A stretch of DNA of 64,000 bases from Desulfatiglandales bacterium (GCA_963666345.1 OY762721.1:3296001-3360000), one strand, 5' to 3'; shown: positions 38,687 through 48,926, counted from the first letter of the stretch. Notes: a model not told the origin generated them from the letters alone. Translations and numbers: made by a program.

Positions 38687-40096
38687 ATGAACGATTCCAT
38701 TTATCCACTGGTTGAATATGCCGCGGCAATGCGTGATGAGGACATCCCGGACCAGGTCATAAGAAAAACGGAAGATCTCTTTCAGGACACGATCGGGTGC
38801 ATCCTTTCAGGCAGCAGCGCCACAGGGATGAAGGAACTAAAAGAGATAACGGACCTTTGGGGCGGGGCCGGACACGCCACGGTTCTTCCTTTCGGTGAGC
38901 GGACAAGCGCTCCGTCAGCGGCATTTCTGAATGCGGCCATGGCGCATGCAAATGATTACGATGACACCCATGACAGTGCCGTGAATCATGGCTGCGTCAC
39001 CCTGGTACCGGCGCTTCTTGCCACCTGCGAGGCCTTGAGTGAGGATGAAGGTCGGAGCTTTTCAGGCGCTATTCCATTCAGACGGATTTCAGGACGGGAG
39101 ATCATCTCAGCCCTTGCCATAGGTCTTGATATATCAAACAGGATGGGTTTGGCCTTTATCCCCTACCTTCATGTGGGCTGGCTTCCCACAACCCTCTGGG
39201 GTCCCTTCGCGTGCGCTGCGGCATGCGGGAGACTGCTGCGGCTTGATACCGAAAGGATGTACAATGCCTTCGGTCTTGCCTATTCGCAGATTCATGCAAA
39301 CAGGCAGGGCCTTCTGGATGGTGTCCTCACCAAAAGGATTCAACCCGCATTCAGCGCTTCCGCCGGTGTAAACTCCGCCTTTTTTGCGGCCGATAACATA
39401 ACGGGGGCCAGGAACATAGTTGACGGTGATTTCGGGATCAGGGCGCTTTATACCTCAGGGCGGATCGACAAGGGGCATATCCGTGACGGTTTGGGGACCT
39501 TTTTTGAGACTGTAAACGTAAGCATCAAGCCTTATCCCTGCTGCCGCTGCACCCACCCGGTGATCGATGCGGCGCTTACTCTTAAAAAGGAGCATTCCAT
39601 TGACTGGAATAATATCAGCAGAGGCATCATATATCTGCCTCCCCAGGCAATGGGGCAGATAGGAAACGAATTCGAGATCCGTGATAACCCGACCGTGGAT
39701 GCCCAGTTCAGCGCGCAATATACGGCCGCGCTTTCATTTATAAGGGGATGGCCCGTGATAGATGACTTTGAAAAGGAAAATGTCATCTCCCGCGAGGATA
39801 TTAAAACGCTTGCAAAAAGGTTCAGCACTGTTGAATTCGAAAAGAATCAATCCGGCCTTGTTCCTGTTGAAATGGATCTGATCTTAAAGGACGGAAGAAA
39901 TTTCCATGCGAGGATTCCGGCTGCAAAAGGAAGCAGGGAAAATCCCCTTACCAAAGATGAACTCGTTCTGAAATTCAACAATTGTCTGGATAATTCGGCA
40001 AAGAAATACCCGCGGGATGCAAGGGAGAAAATACTCAAGGGAATGGAAGAATTTGTCAACTTTGAGGATATGAGGGAATTTATGAGGTTGTTTTAG
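38687..40096 (+). CDS. MmgE/PrpD family protein
   Basis: AAFLNA..AHANDYDDTH, K.YPCC..TH..IDA, AQFS..Y..A, KG..ENPL. Confidence 0.92.
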   Translation: MNDSIYPLVEYAAAMRDEDIPDQVIRKTEDLFQDTIGCILSGSSATGMKELKEITDLWGGAGHATVLPFGERTSAPSAAFLNAAMAHANDYDDTHDSAVNHGCVTLVPALLATCEALSEDEGRSFSGAIPFRRISGREIISALAIGLDISNRMGLAFIPYLHVGWLPTTLWGPFACAAACGRLLRLDTERMYNAFGLAYSQIHANRQGLLDGVLTKRIQPAFSASAGVNSAFFAADNITGARNIVDGDFGIRALYTSGRIDKGHIRDGLGTFFETVNVSIKPYPCCRCTHPVIDAALTLKKEHSIDWNNISRGIIYLPPQAMGQIGNEFEIRDNPTVDAQFSAQYTAALSFIRGWPVIDDFEKENVISREDIKTLAKRFSTVEFEKNQSGLVPVEMDLILKDGRNFHARIPAAKGSRENPLTKDELVLKFNNCLDNSAKKYPRDAREKILKGMEEFVNFEDMREFMRLF

Positions 40097-40098
40097 AT

Positions 40099-40836
40099 TC
40101 AGAATTCCCTGCAGATATTCCTTGACCCGGTAAGACAGTAGCTTATTCGGTATTCATAGGGCCTTTTTTTGTAGGTGAAGGCAATCATCTCGATAGACAG
40201 GACCGGAGAGCCTTCAGGTATTTTTAGTATGCCAGCGATGTCTTTTTCGGCGGGAACGGCACTTATAAGCTCCTTGTTGGAGATGGTAGGCATTCCAAAT
40301 TTATTTTCCAGCACTAGGAACAGAGGCACTCTCTCAAAGTTTCTCGGGGAGATCGTTTCAATGTCTTTGAATTTGTCATGCGGCAGATAGGACACGGTAT
40401 AAATTATCGGTTTTTTATCCGACGAGATGAAGATCCTCTTTATCTCAAAGAGGTCGTCTTTTTGCCCGATCTTCAGATTTCGATTGATTGTGTCGACGGC
40501 ACTTGTCTTTTTAAGGTCAAGGAATCTGATCCTCAGGCTGGCTTCTTTGCTCCTGAAGTCTTTGAGATAGCGGTAGTAGCGCATGCTCTCTCTTTTTATG
40601 GAAGTTCCCGCTATAAAAGTCCCCTTTCCTCGCACCCTGTAAAGAAAACCTCCGTTTACAAGGTTCAGAATTGCCTTTTTCACGGTCCCCGGACTGACGT
40701 TATGGACCCTGGCAAGGTCCTTTTCAGGGCTGATCATGTCACCCGGTCCCAAGTGCCCGTTTTCTATTTCCCTCTGAATCTGCATCTGCAGTTTGTAATA
40801 AAGCGGTGTAGGGTTTCCTGAATCTCTGTTAAGCAT
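40099..40836 (-). CDS. GntR family (HutC/UTRA) transcriptional regulator
   Basis: PLYYKL, EKDLA..HNVSPGTVKKA, R.RGKGTF wHTH, then a UTRA domain. Confidence 0.92.
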   Translation of the reverse strand: MLNRDSGNPTPLYYKLQMQIQREIENGHLGPGDMISPEKDLARVHNVSPGTVKKAILNLVNGGFLYRVRGKGTFIAGTSIKRESMRYYRYLKDFRSKEASLRIRFLDLKKTSAVDTINRNLKIGQKDDLFEIKRIFISSDKKPIIYTVSYLPHDKFKDIETISPRNFERVPLFLVLENKFGMPTISNKELISAVPAEKDIAGILKIPEGSPVLSIEMIAFTYKKRPYEYRISYCLTGSRNICREF

Positions 40837-41461
40837 CTAAATGATTCCACGTATGTTAATATTTAAAATTTACCGCTTGATGCGAAGTTGAAATAACCCC
40901 TTTCACACGATTGCCATATATCGACGGGGGAAGGTGGGGTGTTTCAACCCGGGAAAACGGGCAGGGGCCTGTTCCGGAAAGCGCCGGCGCCGAAAGAACA
41001 ATCGCATGGGGTTTTGTCCGGTAATGCCCCCGTTCTCTTCTGCATCTCATCGTCTATTGAAAGAGTCATCCTCGTGTTTCCATCATATCGTCATCGTAAA
41101 TGATGTCAAGAGATCATTTGAGTGATAACCCATCCATAACTGATTGAATAACCTCCGAAACAGGTGATAAGGTCCTCTTTACGGCCGTTGCGTACACGGT
41201 TGACCGGCAGATGCGGGGTAGACAACATGTGCTCCCAGGTGGTATAAGTTTTTTGTCGGAAAGGTAAGATATACGCCCGATCCGGAGATTTTTAAAAATG
41301 ATAAAGGCAAAAAAAGGTAAACTATGCCGACGATCAGGAGATCTTAAACCCGTCCCCTGAGAACTCACAATCCCGTTATGAACAGTAACCGGTAGCACTG
41401 GGTTGATCGAGGAGATTGCGTAGGCACCAGGGAGTCGAAATCTTAAAAGAAAGGAAAAAAC

Positions 41462-42766
41462 ATGGCGGTCTTCGATCATATGCCGATGGGAGAGCAGGGC
41501 CTTAAGGAGATCTATTCTTGGCTGGATGAGTTTGTGAAAAAGAACAGCGCAATTGCGGAAAAGAAGATCCTTGGCAGATCTGAAAATGATAGATATGAAA
41601 TCCCGGCCGTCATCATAACCAACAGGTCCGTTCCGGATGTTGAAAAGCAGATCGCCTTCGTTACCCTTGCAAGACACGGACAGGAAAGAGGCGCGAGAGT
41701 CGTTGGCCCTGAGATCCTGAGTTATCTGGCAAGCGATGAGGCGTGTGAGACAAGAGACAACCAGACCGTTGTCGTTGTCCCTGTTGTGAACCCGGAAGGG
41801 GTTGTTCAGGACAAATTCAATTCCACCATGTACGGAATAACAGATCTTGAAAAAAGGATATTCGGCAATCTCTGCTCGCAGTTTACCCCGGATATGATGA
41901 TAGACTATCACAGCCTCGGCAAATCAGGCGCCACAAAATACGACCGGGGCGATATGGAAGTGATCATCCCCGCGAACAGCACCAGGTGGGGAATGGATGA
42001 GCAGATCTATCAGTATGTGGCAGGAAAAATGCTGGAGGCTGCCGAGGAAAAAGGCTGGCCTTATGAAATCCATACCTTGGAGGATCTCAGCTTCTACTAT
42101 TTCGGAGAACCGACCGGAAGGCTTCCCCATCGATACATGCAGGAAAAGGTGTTTCTGCTCCATATCCAGAATGCCTATGAGCATTACGATTTTACCGGAA
42201 ATCTGCCAGGCTATAGCAACTACACCTGCGGGCCGGCATATATGAGATGGCACACGCTTGTCTTTGGAATGGAGACGAATCACTGGGCCATAAAACCTGA
42301 GGACGGCCTGGGCGAAAGCGGCATGATACCGTGTAAGGCCCTGTTGGAAATGGGAAACAAGAGGTTCCCCTGGGAAAAAGACGCAGGTTATCCCACAAAC
42401 ATCCTGTGCGGGGATTTCAGGATTTCCATAAGACCGACAGGTAAAAACCCCGGTGAGAGAAGAATATCCAGGGAGAAGATATGGAAGGAAAGGGTCAACT
42501 TCGACATCCTCAAAAGAGAGATGCTCGATGATCCTGAAACTACCCTTGCTGAGGTGGGATATATAGGAGAAAATCTTCCGCTTGAATTTAAACTCTGTCT
42601 TCGCATGAGGCAGGACGAAATCAAGAAGGTGATGGTCGAAGGTAAGGAAGTGGAGTTTGAGACCTTTAAGGACAAATGCTCGACCTTCGTCTCCATCCCG
42701 ATGTCCCTGGGAACAGCGGGATTGACGAAACTCAGGATTACACATGAGGCCTTTAAAAAGGCCTAA
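41462..42766 (+). CDS. M14-family zinc carboxypeptidase/desuccinylase-like hydrolase
   Basis: LGRSE...EIP, ARHGQE (HxxE), VPVVNPEG, IDYHS. No signal peptide. Confidence 0.7.
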   Translation: MAVFDHMPMGEQGLKEIYSWLDEFVKKNSAIAEKKILGRSENDRYEIPAVIITNRSVPDVEKQIAFVTLARHGQERGARVVGPEILSYLASDEACETRDNQTVVVVPVVNPEGVVQDKFNSTMYGITDLEKRIFGNLCSQFTPDMMIDYHSLGKSGATKYDRGDMEVIIPANSTRWGMDEQIYQYVAGKMLEAAEEKGWPYEIHTLEDLSFYYFGEPTGRLPHRYMQEKVFLLHIQNAYEHYDFTGNLPGYSNYTCGPAYMRWHTLVFGMETNHWAIKPEDGLGESGMIPCKALLEMGNKRFPWEKDAGYPTNILCGDFRISIRPTGKNPGERRISREKIWKERVNFDILKREMLDDPETTLAEVGYIGENLPLEFKLCLRMRQDEIKKVMVEGKEVEFETFKDKCSTFVSIPMSLGTAGLTKLRITHEAFKKA

Positions 42767-42832
42767 TAGAGATCGTCCTGATTGAGGTTATGCAGGGATC
42801 AGAGCGGAAGTATCTTAAATCCCAATGCCTTG

Positions 42833-42859
42833 ATACCCCGCTTGGAAAAGCGGGGTATC
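42833..42859. terminator. Hairpin between convergent genes
   Basis: gataccccgct-tggaaa-agcggggtatc. Confidence 0.55.
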
Positions 42860-42998
42860 TTTACGGCAAGATCCGATTTTTCTATCCTGCCTTGTCAAAA
42901 TCGGCAAGTTACGCACGGAGAACAAGGTGAATTTGTCTGTATATAACAGCTTCATCTTTTCGGCGGAATATATGTTTTTTCATGGACCTTGATAAGTA

Positions 42999-44147
42999 CT
43001 ACAGGTCCGGCCCGCTCAGTTTAACCTCGTAAAAGAGTTTGTAGTTACCTGAAATGCCGGGGTTGGATGCAGTTGCAACTATAAGCTGATCCTGCCCTTT
43101 CATGAATATCATGTGCCCTTCAGCGCCCTGGATGTGTTTCCCGCCGCTTTTCCACCCTTCAGCCTTAAGGCGATTTTCATAAAAGGAAAAGACCTGGACC
43201 AGGGAGGCCTTTGTCGCCATAACGGCATTGATGACATGCGGGGTCTTTATTCCATCCGTGACTTTGTCCCCAGGTCTTCTGGGAACGATCTTCCAGAGGC
43301 CGCTTACCGCTTCCTCCCCGGTTTCCGTCTGCCTTGCGCGGCTTAAGGCCTCCTGCATCTGCTCCATCATCTCGGGAGACGCGTTTTCGCCCATTGCCTT
43401 TTTCATGGCGGCCATCATTTCTTCCATATCCATGTTCTGCATGTCCTGCTGTTCCGGAGTCTGTTCTTCCTCGGATTGTTCTTTCTCCATTTCCTCAAAA
43501 TTCATTCCAAAGACCTCCATCATATTTGAAACCTTCTTGTAACCCTTTGGAAGTCTGAAATGTTTACCGGAAGGCGAGCCCTTTTTGATATTTCTCAGCT
43601 CGGTTATGCCGCCGTCCTCTGTCTTGGTCTTAAGGGGTATCTCAAGCCTGTCACTTTGCCATACCAGCATGGTGTGGGTCGATTTTATGCCCATGACATC
43701 GAATGACGTTGTAATCTGTTTTTTTGTGCATTTGAATCCGCTTATTTTTTCCCTGCCAAGGGTTTTTTCCTGTTGCACGTCTTTAAAGCTTCTAAGCTGC
43801 TGCTCCAGCTGATCTTCATCCGATAAGGTCTGGAAATATAACTTCTTGTCATGATTGATAAAATATTGCTGCTTCTGCTTTTTCAGGATGAGCATGGAGA
43901 TGTTTCGGGAATTGTCTCCTCCGGCACCGGGCATGCCGTCAATTTTGATTTTGTCGGGAGTTATGTAAATATTTGATGTGTTTACGACTCTGCCCTGGGG
44001 AGAAATCTCCACCTGCTCGGCTGAAAAACTGGTTATCTTTCTTCCGGCTAGGGCAGTGGAAAAGTGTGAATTGAAAAGAAATATAATAAGAGCGAAAATG
44101 AGGACCCCTATAAGTTTTTCCTTCCTAAAAGACAGACCAGATGCCAT
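42999..44147 (-). CDS. Exported DUF4412-like protein with M/E/Q-rich linker
   Basis: Signal peptide/TM; LGREKISGFKCTK..W.SDRL..PLK..F.LP.GYKK pattern. Confidence 0.65.
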   Translation of the reverse strand: MASGLSFRKEKLIGVLIFALIIFLFNSHFSTALAGRKITSFSAEQVEISPQGRVVNTSNIYITPDKIKIDGMPGAGGDNSRNISMLILKKQKQQYFINHDKKLYFQTLSDEDQLEQQLRSFKDVQQEKTLGREKISGFKCTKKQITTSFDVMGIKSTHTMLVWQSDRLEIPLKTKTEDGGITELRNIKKGSPSGKHFRLPKGYKKVSNMMEVFGMNFEEMEKEQSEEEQTPEQQDMQNMDMEEMMAAMKKAMGENASPEMMEQMQEALSRARQTETGEEAVSGLWKIVPRRPGDKVTDGIKTPHVINAVMATKASLVQVFSFYENRLKAEGWKSGGKHIQGAEGHMIFMKGQDQLIVATASNPGISGNYKLFYEVKLSGPDL

Positions 44148-44451
44148 ATCAACCTCCTGAAAAATAGTTTGAAAGTTTGTTAATAGATAGACTCCTCGGC
44201 CATGGTTGATCGCAATTCCCCGATTTATTCCTTATCTATCCGGTTATATAACCTATTTAACCTTTTCCATCAACTCCCTGAGGGGAAAGACTTTTTCATT
44301 TTGTGCCACAGGGTGATCAACGGGCGTTGTTTTTGGTTGACCAGCCCTTTAATGTGTAGGCGCTTTTATTTTGAAGCCATCGTCCTGATAAGACAAAATC
44401 AACCGTGAACCGGAACGGCAATATCTTCTACTAAGTGAGGCACGATAATAT

Positions 44452-44692
44452 ATGAAAGCACAGATTCTCAAAGGTATTCGCGGCATGGAGATGACGGATC
44501 TTCCGGACCCTGCCATCAAAAAAGGCACCGGTATTATTGTAAGGATGAAATCTGTGGGCATATGCGGTTCCGATGTCCATCATTACCGGACGGGCAGGAT
44601 CGGGAACCAGGTGATTCAATAGCCCTTTGTGTTGGCCACGAGGGGGCAGGGTCATAAAGGCGATGATAGATTTTCCCGGAAAGGTAAATTAA
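44452..44692 (+). pseudogene. Internally deleted zinc-dependent alcohol/sorbitol dehydrogenase (MDR) pseudogene
   Basis: MKAQIL..VGICGSDVHHY..GRIG, TAG at 44620, frameshifted GHEGAG joined directly to C-terminal-like VIKAMIDF..TAA. Confidence 0.8.
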
Positions 44693-44864
44693 TAATCTCT
44701 TCTGCCATGCATGCTTTTGAACTTCAGATGTTTGAATCAAAAGCCGGGGAGGCCTGAGCAGTCAGTTCGTATCGGCCCTCCTTATATCGTGACCCTATGC
44801 CGGATTCATGGTACCATATTATTCCCCGCTTTCCGGGATCTGTGGGATTCCGTGGGCATCGGGG

Positions 44865-46706
44865 CTAGCCTTTAGAGGGCCGTTTTTCTTCCCAGGCGCG
44901 AATCGCAGCCAGGAACCGACCCCCGAACCGTTGGGCCTTTTTTTCTCCGACACCGGGAATCCGGAGGAAATCCTCGCCGGTGGAAGGCCGGGAGACCGCC
45001 ATGTCTTTCAGTGTTCTGTCGTGAAATATCTGGTAGGCCGGAAGTCCCAGTTCCCGCGCAATAAGGAGACGCAGCCGTCGAAGTTCCTCCCACAGATTAA
45101 TAGAGCCGCTGTCCGTCAGATCAGGATGCAGCGTCGGCTTTTTATGGTGAACAACGGCGGCCCCGGCAGGCCGGATATCTTTTCGGAAAAAGATGGTCTT
45201 GTCCCCCCTGAGGACCGTCAAACCCTTTTCCGTCAATTGGAACCCGGCCCGTTGAGACAGGTCCACCGTGAGATAGCCCGCAGCCATCAACTGCCTGAAC
45301 ACCGAACGCCACTGACGCACGGACAGGTCCCTGCCCACGCCGAAGGTCCTGATCCGGTCATGGCCGAAACGCAGTATGCGCCCGTCGGCCTTGCCCGTGA
45401 GCAGATCGGTCAGGTACCGGACTCCGAAGCGTTGACCTGTCCTGTATACTGCGGACAGGGCCTTTTGAGAGGCTATGGTTCCGTCCCAGGAGTCGACCCC
45501 TTCCTTACATGTGCCGCAATTTCCGCACGGCTCGTCCCTGGTCTCCCCGAAATAGCGCAGCAGCACCTGTCGACGGCACTCAATCGTCTCGCAGTAGCCC
45601 AGAAGCGCCTCAAGTTTTCGCTGCTGAATGAGTTTGAAGGATTCCGGACCTTCGGAACGGCCAAGCATCCGGCGAGCCGCCACCACGTCGGCAAGTGAAT
45701 AGAGCATCCAGGCGTCGGCAGGCTCACCATCTCGACCAGCCCGCCCTGTCTCCTGGTAGTAGGCTTCCATGCTCATCGGCACATCGAAGTGCACCACAAA
45801 ACGCACGTCCGGCCGGTCGATCCCAAGGCCGAAGGCGATGGTGGCCACCACGACGATAGATTCCTCTCTGGAGAAGCGCTGCTGCCGGGCCGTTCGTTCC
45901 CCGGTCGGCAGTCCGGCATGATATGATATGACGGGGCTGATGCCTTTTTCCGACAACCAGGCTGCAGTGTCGTCCACACGCTTGCGGCTGCGGCAGTAGA
46001 CAATACCGGTTTCGGACGCATGCTCCGTTCCTATGAAGTTGAGCAGCTGTTGTTTGCCGTTTTCCTTGAGATTGACCCTGTAGCAGATATTGGGCCGGTC
46101 GAAACTTGAAACAAACGACTCGGACCCTGTCATTTCCAGCTTGTCGAGGATCTCCTCGCGGGTGACCTCATCGGCCGTCGCGGTAAGGGCGATCCGCGGC
46201 ACATCCGGGTAGAGCCGGGTGATTTGGGCTATCCTGAGGTATTCGGGCCGGAAATCGTGTCCCCACTGTGAAACGCAGTGTGCCTCATCAATGGCAAACA
46301 GGGAGATGGGAAACCGGGTGAGAAGACGCTGAAACCCTTCGGTCAGAAGCCGTTCCGGCGCCACGTAAAGGAGGTCGGTTTCACCGGACAGGATGCGTGC
46401 CTCAACCCGTGCGGCGGCACCGGCATCAAGGCTGGAATTGAGAAAGTCCGCATTTACCCCGTTTTGGCGCAGCCCCTCGACCTGGTCCTGCATCAGGGCG
46501 ATCAGAGGTGAAATCACCACCCCGACCCCTGTCCTGATGATAGCGGGGATCTGAAAACAGATCGATTTGCCGCTGCCCGTGGGCATGAGGACAAAGACGT
46601 CCCTGCCGTCCAGCAGATGTTCAATGATCTCTAGCTGATTTTCTCTAAAAGAGCCGTAGCCGAAGCATTGATTCAGAATTTGTTCCGGCTTCGCGGAATG
46701 TTTCAT
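44865..46706 (-). CDS. recQ: ATP-dependent DNA helicase RecQ
   Basis: MPTGSGKS, DEAHCVSQWGHDFRPEY, ALTATA, QETGRAGRDG, Zn/RQC and HRDC domains. Confidence 0.97.
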   Translation of the reverse strand: MKHSAKPEQILNQCFGYGSFRENQLEIIEHLLDGRDVFVLMPTGSGKSICFQIPAIIRTGVGVVISPLIALMQDQVEGLRQNGVNADFLNSSLDAGAAARVEARILSGETDLLYVAPERLLTEGFQRLLTRFPISLFAIDEAHCVSQWGHDFRPEYLRIAQITRLYPDVPRIALTATADEVTREEILDKLEMTGSESFVSSFDRPNICYRVNLKENGKQQLLNFIGTEHASETGIVYCRSRKRVDDTAAWLSEKGISPVISYHAGLPTGERTARQQRFSREESIVVVATIAFGLGIDRPDVRFVVHFDVPMSMEAYYQETGRAGRDGEPADAWMLYSLADVVAARRMLGRSEGPESFKLIQQRKLEALLGYCETIECRRQVLLRYFGETRDEPCGNCGTCKEGVDSWDGTIASQKALSAVYRTGQRFGVRYLTDLLTGKADGRILRFGHDRIRTFGVGRDLSVRQWRSVFRQLMAAGYLTVDLSQRAGFQLTEKGLTVLRGDKTIFFRKDIRPAGAAVVHHKKPTLHPDLTDSGSINLWEELRRLRLLIARELGLPAYQIFHDRTLKDMAVSRPSTGEDFLRIPGVGEKKAQRFGGRFLAAIRAWEEKRPSKG

Positions 46707-46735
46707 GGAAGGCCTTTGGTTCCTCCGTTCTCCCT

Positions 46736-48352
46736 TTACTTTCCCGTGCCCTGCCTTGCGAAACTGGCGTGAATTGTTCGTCCGCTGAAGCTGGCCCCTT
46801 TAAGTGCCTTGAGTACCTTTTGGGCAGCTCCCTTTTCTACCTCGAAAAAGGAAAATTCTCTTTTAAGCGCGATTCCGCCAAGTTTATTCGAATTGATACC
46901 CGCCTTTTCACATATAAGTTTGACAAATGAGTTTTCTTTCAGCTTGTCGAGCCGACCGATGTTGATAAAAAAGCGCTGGGTCTTCCCTGCACGGCCCGGG
47001 AGGGTAGGTTGTTTGGCGCGATGCCGGACCTTGGCATTGATGTCTACTGTGTCGCGATAATAATCGAGAAATCGGTTGAATTCGGTTGAGACAAACCTCC
47101 GGATCAGCTCCTCTTTGCTCAAGCCGCTCAGGGCCTCATAGACCGGCGGCAGGTATTTTTCGATCTCCTGACCGTTTACATCCACACCTACCATCTTATC
47201 CACCAGGGCGAAGAGCTGCTTTTCACAGATGGAGTGCCCTGAAGGTATTTTCCCGAATTGAAATTGGACACCGCTCTGGGTTTCAAGGTCCCTGATACGG
47301 CCCGTTTCCTTTGTGTTGATCAGGACCAGGGATGCGCCCGATTTTCCGGCCCTGGCTGTTCTGCCGCTTCGATGGGTATACCTGTCAGGGTCATCTGGCA
47401 GATTGTAGTTGATCACATGGGTGATATCCTTTACATCCAGTCCCCTTGCCGCGACATCGGTGGCTACCAGTATCTGGATGGTTTTTTCCCTGAATTTGGC
47501 CATGACGTGGGTGCGCTGGGCCTGTGACAGATCCCCGTGCAGGGCCTCGGCATTATAGCCGTCCTTTATAAGTTTATCGGCCACTGTACCGGTCTCGCTC
47601 TTGGTACGGCAGAATATCAAACCGAAGATATCAGGTACGTAATCAATGATGCGTTTTAGTGCCGCGTAACGGTCTTTTTCTTTGATAACATAGCAGGTGT
47701 GAGCGATATTTTCAGCTCCCTTGTTCCGTCCCCCCACTGTGACCTCGACGGGGGCGGTCATGTAGGCCGAGGCGATCCTTTCGGCAGCCTTCGGCATTGT
47801 TGCGGAGAAAAGCCATGTACGCTTGTGAGAGGGTGTCTGGCTCAGTATGTCGTCTATATCCTCCTTGAATCCCATGTCGAGCATTTCATCCGCCTCGTCC
47901 AGGACCGCGTATTTGATGCCTGTAAGCCGGAGGGCCTTTCGATGCATCAGGTCGCGCAACCTTCCGGGCGTGGCCACCACAATCTGGGCCCCCTTACGAA
48001 GCTCCCTGACCTGATCGCTGATACTGGCACCGCCGTATACGGCCACAATGCGTGAACCCTTTACGTAGCGGGCATATAGTTTGAGATCATTGATTATCTG
48101 GAGGCACAGTTCGCGTGTGGGGCAGAGTACCAGGCCCTGCGGTTCCTTTAATTCAAAATCGATCAGGTGGATCATGGGCAGGCCGAAGGCGGCGGTTTTG
48201 CCGGTGCCGGTCTGAGCCAGGCCGATCAGATCGGCCTCTCCGTTCATGATCTCAGGAATGACCTTCTCCTGGATCGCGGTAGGGTATTCAAACCCAAGGT
48301 CCTCAACGGCCCTGAGGATCTCCGGTTTCAATTCAAGTTTATGAAATTCCAT
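46736..48352 (-). CDS. DEAD-box RNA helicase with DbpA-type C-terminal RRM (DeaD/CshA-like)
   Basis: AQTGTGKT, PTREL, TPGR, DEAD, SAT, HGD, ARGLD, HRSGRTARAG. Confidence 0.95.
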   Translation of the reverse strand: MEFHKLELKPEILRAVEDLGFEYPTAIQEKVIPEIMNGEADLIGLAQTGTGKTAAFGLPMIHLIDFELKEPQGLVLCPTRELCLQIINDLKLYARYVKGSRIVAVYGGASISDQVRELRKGAQIVVATPGRLRDLMHRKALRLTGIKYAVLDEADEMLDMGFKEDIDDILSQTPSHKRTWLFSATMPKAAERIASAYMTAPVEVTVGGRNKGAENIAHTCYVIKEKDRYAALKRIIDYVPDIFGLIFCRTKSETGTVADKLIKDGYNAEALHGDLSQAQRTHVMAKFREKTIQILVATDVAARGLDVKDITHVINYNLPDDPDRYTHRSGRTARAGKSGASLVLINTKETGRIRDLETQSGVQFQFGKIPSGHSICEKQLFALVDKMVGVDVNGQEIEKYLPPVYEALSGLSKEELIRRFVSTEFNRFLDYYRDTVDINAKVRHRAKQPTLPGRAGKTQRFFINIGRLDKLKENSFVKLICEKAGINSNKLGGIALKREFSFFEVEKGAAQKVLKALKGASFSGRTIHASFARQGTGK

Positions 48353-48446
48353 TGATTCTTCTTCCTAAAATGGGGTTACGGCCCTTTGTGCCTGAAGCGA
48401 CTCATTACACGGCCTTTAGACAGGGTCCATTTGAAAAAATGGGCAT

Positions 48447-48479
48447 AAAAAAAACCGCTCCGGCGGTTTACCGGACGGC
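48447..48479 (-). terminator. Terminator-like hairpin within the DEAD-box helicase leader (possible attenuator)
   Basis: Minus strand: ccgtccgg-taaaccg-ccggagcgg followed by 8 U, about 95 nt before the ATG. Confidence 0.55.
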
Positions 48480-48799
48480 TTGTGTGCGGTACGGTGGTGA
48501 CACCCTGTGGGGTATTTTCAGACGTACGGCCCGTCGCTTGAGCCGCGTATGACAAAATTATCTATTACATTAATCATTGCGGTCTGTTTTATCAACCCTT
48601 TTGTCATAAGAAGAAACAAACGGCATGTCTGAAATCGTGATAATCACCCTGTCTTGCCTTGGATCAGTCACAGTGTCCGGCATGTTTTTTGTCCCTCCCT
48701 ATAAATATTTTGCATATTATAAACATCCTAACAAAATTTTTGACTGTAACAAAGAGTTAAGATCTCAATGCCATAATGAAACCTGATTGAAAATACCGG

Positions 48800-48831
48800 T
48801 TGACTCGCATATGAAATGCTTGTATATGCAA
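48800..48831 (+). promoter_or_regulatory. Putative promoter/operator of the marR-MFS unit
   Basis: TTGACT at 48800; near-palindrome TTGTATATGCAA at 48820-48831. Confidence 0.45.
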
Positions 48832-48926
48832 CCAAACTGACTTGGGCCGTTCATTTAAAACAAGGTTTTGTTGATCTGCATGCACGATATTTTACCGGGG
48901 GACAAAACGAAAAAGGGGCTTATCTT

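Noticed and set aside
44808..45698. Long antisense ORFs (also 14409-15131, 41114-41911, 41924-42745 and many shorter ones)
   Set aside because: They shadow well-supported genes on the other strand or frame and have no motifs.
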